Shown here one piece after another: positions 59,736 to 64,000 of a DNA stretch of 64,000 nt. The translations under genes and the position numbers were made by a program. The notes beneath the pieces were generated by a model. That model did not search any database. It saw nothing but the letters and a program-made list of their open reading frames with translations, and had not been told where the DNA came from. The stretch is taken from contig NC_052172.1 of NCBI RefSeq assembly GCF_902713615.1, forward strand, positions 6,677,337 to 6,741,336. The letters run 5' to 3'. Numbering within the stretch: the first letter of the stretch is position 1; the number at the start of each line of letters is the position of its first letter. Origin of the DNA: Scyliorhinus canicula. Lineage: Eukaryota.

Positions 59736-60609
59736 ATCATCTCTAAAGTACCGACATCCTCTTCCATTTCTCCTCCTTACCAATTTTAAATCATTTAAGT
59801 GTCTGAACTTCTCTCTCTTTCACCATGTATCTTCTTCCTTGGTAAAGACATTTAACATCTCAGCCAATCCCCTGCCTCCTTTTTGGTTCCGAATCATCCC
59901 AATCCTCCTCTTATCAGCCTTTTTACGTGCCGACAGAAGTCTTTTGAATTCCCTTTTATTTTAGCTACCAGCCTCTTCTCATACTCTCTCTGTACTTCTG
60001 TTATTTGCTTATCAATTCCTTGCTGCAGTTTCTATATTATCCATGTGTCATAAACACAGCTTTATCCAGATCTGTTTTGTTATCCAAGGAGCTCTAGAAT
60101 TGTTTGCCTTTCCCTTCCTGAGGATGTACTTTGGTGGCTGCTGAATTCTCATTTCTTTAAAGCAGCCAATTCGTCTGTTACAAGCTAACCTGCCAACTTC
60201 AAATTCTAATTTATCTGAACCAGATCCATTCTTACTCCATTATAGTTCCCTTTTTCCACAGTTATTTATTCCAAATCTGTTCCTTGTTCTTTTCTATAGC
60301 CAACCGAAACCTCATGAGACAATGATCACTGTTCCCTTTTGATATGTGATGTACTTGGCCCACCTCATCCCCCCAGGAACCAGGTCTAAATGTGACGTCC
60401 CTCTCATTGGACTGGGAATAGATCACTGCAGAATCTTCACCCGGACACACTTTAGGAACCTTTATCCTTCTCTGTCTTTTAGGCTTTCACTACCCCAATC
60501 CTTATTTGGATAATTAAAGTCCCCCATTATGGCCACTGTACAATACCTGCACCTTTCTGTAATTAACTTGAAAATTGGTTCCCACTTAAAATTGTACCAT
60601 TTTGTTTAT

Positions 60610-61175
60610 AGCAGGAGCAGACCATTCAGCCCTTCAAGCCGACTCTGCCATTCATTGTGATCATGGCTGATCATCCAACTCAATACTGTAGTCTGTACCC
60701 ACCTTCCCCCCATATCCTCTGATTCCGTTTGCCCTAAGAGCTGTATCTAACTGCTTCTTGAAAACATCCAATATTTTGGCCTCAACTATTTCCTGTGGTA
60801 ACGAATTCCACAGACCGACCACTCTCTGGGTGAAGGAATTTCTCCTCATCACTGTCCTAAATGGTCTACCCTGTATCCTCCGACTGTGACCCCCGGTTAT
60901 GGACACACCCACCATCGGGAACATCCCTCCTGCATCTATCCAGTCTCGTCCTGTTAGAGTTTGATAAGTTTCTATGAGATCCCCCTCAATCCTCTGAACT
61001 CCAGTGATACAATCCATTCAATTCATCTCTCCTCAGACACCAGTCCTGCCAGTCCAGGAATCAGTCTGGTAAACCTTTGCTGCACTCCCTCTAGAGCAAG
61101 AACATCCCTCCTCAGATATGGAGACCAAAACTGCACACACTATTCCTGTGTGGCCTCACCAAAGCCCTGTATAAT
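60610..61175 (-). mobile_element. Degraded CR1 3' fragment
   Basis: GDLIETY...FTQRVVGLWNSLP motifs. Confidence 0.8.
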
Positions 61176-61737
61176 TGCACCAGTTTGAAAGCTTTGAAAT
61201 TGTGTTCTCTGCACCCAAGTCTAGGTCATTATCTGAAATAACGAAATATTTTTATTTATATAGCGCCTTTCAACACCTGAGGACATCAAAAGTGGTTTAT
61301 CGCCAATGAAGTGACAGCACTATTCCAATATAGGAAAGGTTATAAGCAAATTACATGGAGAAAACTCCTGCAAACAATAATGGCCACTTTTTTTTCCAAG
61401 ATGCTAACTGAGGGACATATGTTGGCCAAGACACTGGGGGTAACTCCCCTGCTTTTCTTCAAAATAGTGGTCGCGACAGCCTTACTGCTCCCTGAAAGGA
61501 TCCCGGTTTAATGAAAGACTGAACCTCCGACAGTGCAGAGTTCTTTATTCAATCCTGCACTAACATTTTGGGTTAGACTCTTTCACTCTGGTGTGGGAAT
61601 CAAACCCCCAACCTTATAAATCAGGGCAGAAACCGTCGACATTAAAAATTACAACCAACTTGGCCAGAATAAAAATGGGACCGAATGTTCACGGACTTTC
61701 TTCAATGGAACACACAATCTAATGGGTGATAACTTAC

Positions 61738-61850
61738 GTAGAGTTCAAACCCACTCTCACAGTGCAGTCGCACAGAATCTTTATAATCATATTCCACTTT
61801 CTTTGGCTGAATAATGCTGTGCTCCAAGATATCGGTAGGACATTGTTTAG
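61738..61850 (-). CDS. C1S: C1s-like exon, CCP1 first half
   Basis: ctgcag|CT KQCPTDILEHSIIQPKKVEYDYKDSVRLHCESGFELY|gtaagt; 113 nt, phase 1/0. Confidence 0.92.
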
Positions 61851-62486
61851 CTGCAGGCAAAACACACAGAATACCTTGTTAGTCTCCAATAGACCACAAA
61901 CAACATTTCCACAGAGCAATACAGTACAGGTGAGGCCGGTCAGTCCGGGATGTCTCTGACAGACAATGGTCCCTCTCCCTATAGTCTTTTCCCTTGAAAT
62001 ATTTAAACAGTTCCCCCTTTAAAGGTTGAACTCTATTACACTTCCCCTCAATAATTTAAGATTATTAACACTTTTGGCAAACGTTTTCACAGCTCAACTC
62101 TGCTTACCACCTTTCTCTGTGTTGGTGTTAAATATCCGCTGTGGTTCAAAGGGTAAAACTCTCATTTAAGAGTCATGACGTCGGGGGTTCATGTCCCACA
62201 CCAGAGAGTTTGGCTCATAATCTAGGCTGACATTCCCAGCGTTAACGAGGGAATCTGCCAGCGTTGAGAGAGTGCTGCGCTGTCGGAGAGTCAGTACTGA
62301 GCATGTAGATTATTAGCAACATATTGTGTACGAGCAGCACATAGACTATTAGCATCACATAGAGTATTAGCAGCATATAGAGTATGAGCAACATTTAGAT
62401 TATTAGCAGCCTATAGAAACCCTGGAGAAGGTAAGCCACTGGGAAAAGTAGAAAGCAAGGTGGTTTCAGCAAATCCTGAGTATTAC

Positions 62487-62634
62487 CGGTTGATTTGTAA
62501 ATGATCTTCCAGCCTTTCCTCTCCCCGTGTTCATCCGTGTTGAAAGTTATTTCCACCACATTGGACAAATGTCCTTTTATAACTGGTGCTTGGTCTCCAC
62601 AGAACGGGCCATATACCCTTCCTCCAGATGTGAC
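62487..62634 (-). CDS. C1S: C1s-like exon, CUB2 second half
   Basis: ttccag|VTSGGRVYGPFCGDQAPVIKGHLSNVVEITFNTDEHGERKGWKIIYKST G|gtaata; 148 nt, phase 0/1. Confidence 0.93.
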
Positions 62635-62965
62635 CTGGAATCAGGAGAATCCGCATTGGTTACAGAATTATGGAAAAGTCCGATGCTGGAGGAGGCCACT
62701 CAGCCCATCACATCTGTACTAGAGCAATCCAGTTTGTCCCACTCCCTCTGCTTTGGCATCTCGTCCAGCAAAGGTTTTTCTATAATTTATTTGTCTAAAC
62801 CTTTCACAATTATGAATGCCTCGAACCAATCCCCTCCTCGCTTTCTCATTTCTAAAGGGGACTAATTCCAGCTGTTCCAATCTCCCACGTAATCCCATTG
62901 CCGAACCCTGGAACCATTGGAAAATTGATGGTTAATATTCGTTTCACCTGTGAGGAGAGAAAGAG

Positions 62966-63131
62966 NNNNNNNNNNNNNNNNNNNNNNNNNNNNNNNNNNN
63001 NNNNNNNNNNNNNNNNNNNNNNNNNNNNNNNNNNNNNNNNNNNNNNNNNNNNNNNNNNNNNNNNNNNNNNNNNNNNNNNNNNNNNNNNNNNNNNNNNNNN
63101 NNNNNNNNNNNNNNNNNNNNNNNNNNNNNNN
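62966..63131. other. Assembly gap flanked by AG-rich microsatellite
   Basis: Run of N inside the intron between the two CUB2 exons. Confidence 0.99.
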
Positions 63132-63289
63132 AGAGAGCGAGAGAAAGAGAGAGAAATAGAGAGAGAGAGTAACTGAAAGAATGCTTAAGATCAAGTTCTC
63201 TCCAGTGGCATTGACCACGAGAGGTTAGCAGTCTGTGCAATGGGCTGGAGAAGGGCTGAATGTCCTCTTCCTGCTGTGTTTAACAGGCT

Positions 63290-63595
63290 GGAGTGGGATT
63301 CAATACAATGGTTAGTACTGTTGCTTCACAGCGCCAGGGTCCCAGGTTCGAGTCCTGGATTGGGTCACTGTCTGTGCAGAGTCTACACGTTCTCCCCGTG
63401 TCTGCGTGGGTTTCCTCCGGTTGCGCCAGTTTCTTCCCACAAGTCTCAAAAAACATGCTGTTTGGTGAATTGGACATTCTGAATTCTCCCTCGGTGTACC
63501 CTAACAGGCGCCGGAATGTGCGACTCGGGGATTTTCATGGTACTTCATTGCAGTGTTAAGGTAAGCCTACTTGTCAGAATAATAAAGATTATTAT
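63290..63595 (+). mobile_element. SINE (V-SINE-like head with second-family tail)
   Basis: ggttagtactgttgcttcacagcgccagggtcccaggttcgag head; tail ending aataaagattattat. Confidence 0.75.
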
Positions 63596-63651
63596 CATGT
63601 CTTAAGGGACTTGCTGTAGGGATTAAGGGACCATTTTAAAGAGGGCCATAC

Positions 63652-63848
63652 CTTTAAGACATCAGTTATGCAACCGACTGAAGGGTCCCCTTCCACCTCA
63701 AAATCCTTTGCGAATCCCAGGATCACCTCGAAGCCTTGCTCAATCTCGATTCTGTACTGACACTGAGAGTTCTCCGCATAAGGTTCAGGATAGTTGGGGC
63801 TGGTGATCATGCCCTTGAAGCTGGTGGACACTTCGCCGCTGCAATTCA
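63652..63848 (-). CDS. C1S: C1s-like exon, CUB2 first half (CUB1 and EGF exons would lie beyond the window)
   Basis: ccccag|TG NCSGEVSTSFKGMITSPNYPEPYAENSQCQYRIEIEQGFEVIL...VLK|gtatgg; resembles human C1s CUB2 (NCSGDVFT...SPNYPKPYPENSRC) more than C1r. Confidence 0.92.
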
Positions 63849-64000
63849 CTGGGGGTGAAAAAAATACAGACTGGGTCTCAGACTGACAGCTCTGATCATA
63901 GAATTTACAGTGCTAAAGGAGGTCATTCGGCCCATCGAGTCTGCACCGGTCCTTGGAAAGAGCACCCTACCCAAGCCCCCACCCTATCCCCATAACCCAG

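Noticed and set aside
62966-63131. Missing exon hidden in the N gap
   Set aside because: The CUB2 exons on either side splice in phase 0 to give a complete CUB domain.

Overview
Repeat-rich vertebrate DNA, almost certainly from a shark: it is dense in CR1 LINEs and tRNA-derived V-SINE/DeuSINE elements. A catshark-like source is my inference. Two immune loci lie in tandem on the minus strand. (1) At ~10.1-20.9 kb is a T-cell receptor beta V cluster with three intact V segments (37-nt leader exon, V exon ending YYCAWSL, canonical 23-bp RSS) and two related pseudo-V segments, which together reflect a segmental duplication. (2) At 33.0 to >63.8 kb are the last seven exons of a complement C1s-like gene (CUB2-CCP1-CCP2-single-exon serine protease). 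Its reading frame and splice sites are intact, but the catalytic His57 is Cys and the S1-pocket Asp189 is Gly, so it is a candidate pseudo-protease. Other elements: a semi-processed SMARCB1 retrocopy with poly(A) and 14-bp target-site duplication, two co-oriented CTCF-like motifs among the V genes, a decayed FLYWCH-MULE transposon, a decayed ~7 kb Harbinger, several CR1 copies, a Penelope-type palindrome with a degenerate hammerhead core, minisatellites and one assembly gap. I derived exon, RSS and TSD coordinates by hand; repeat boundaries are approximate.
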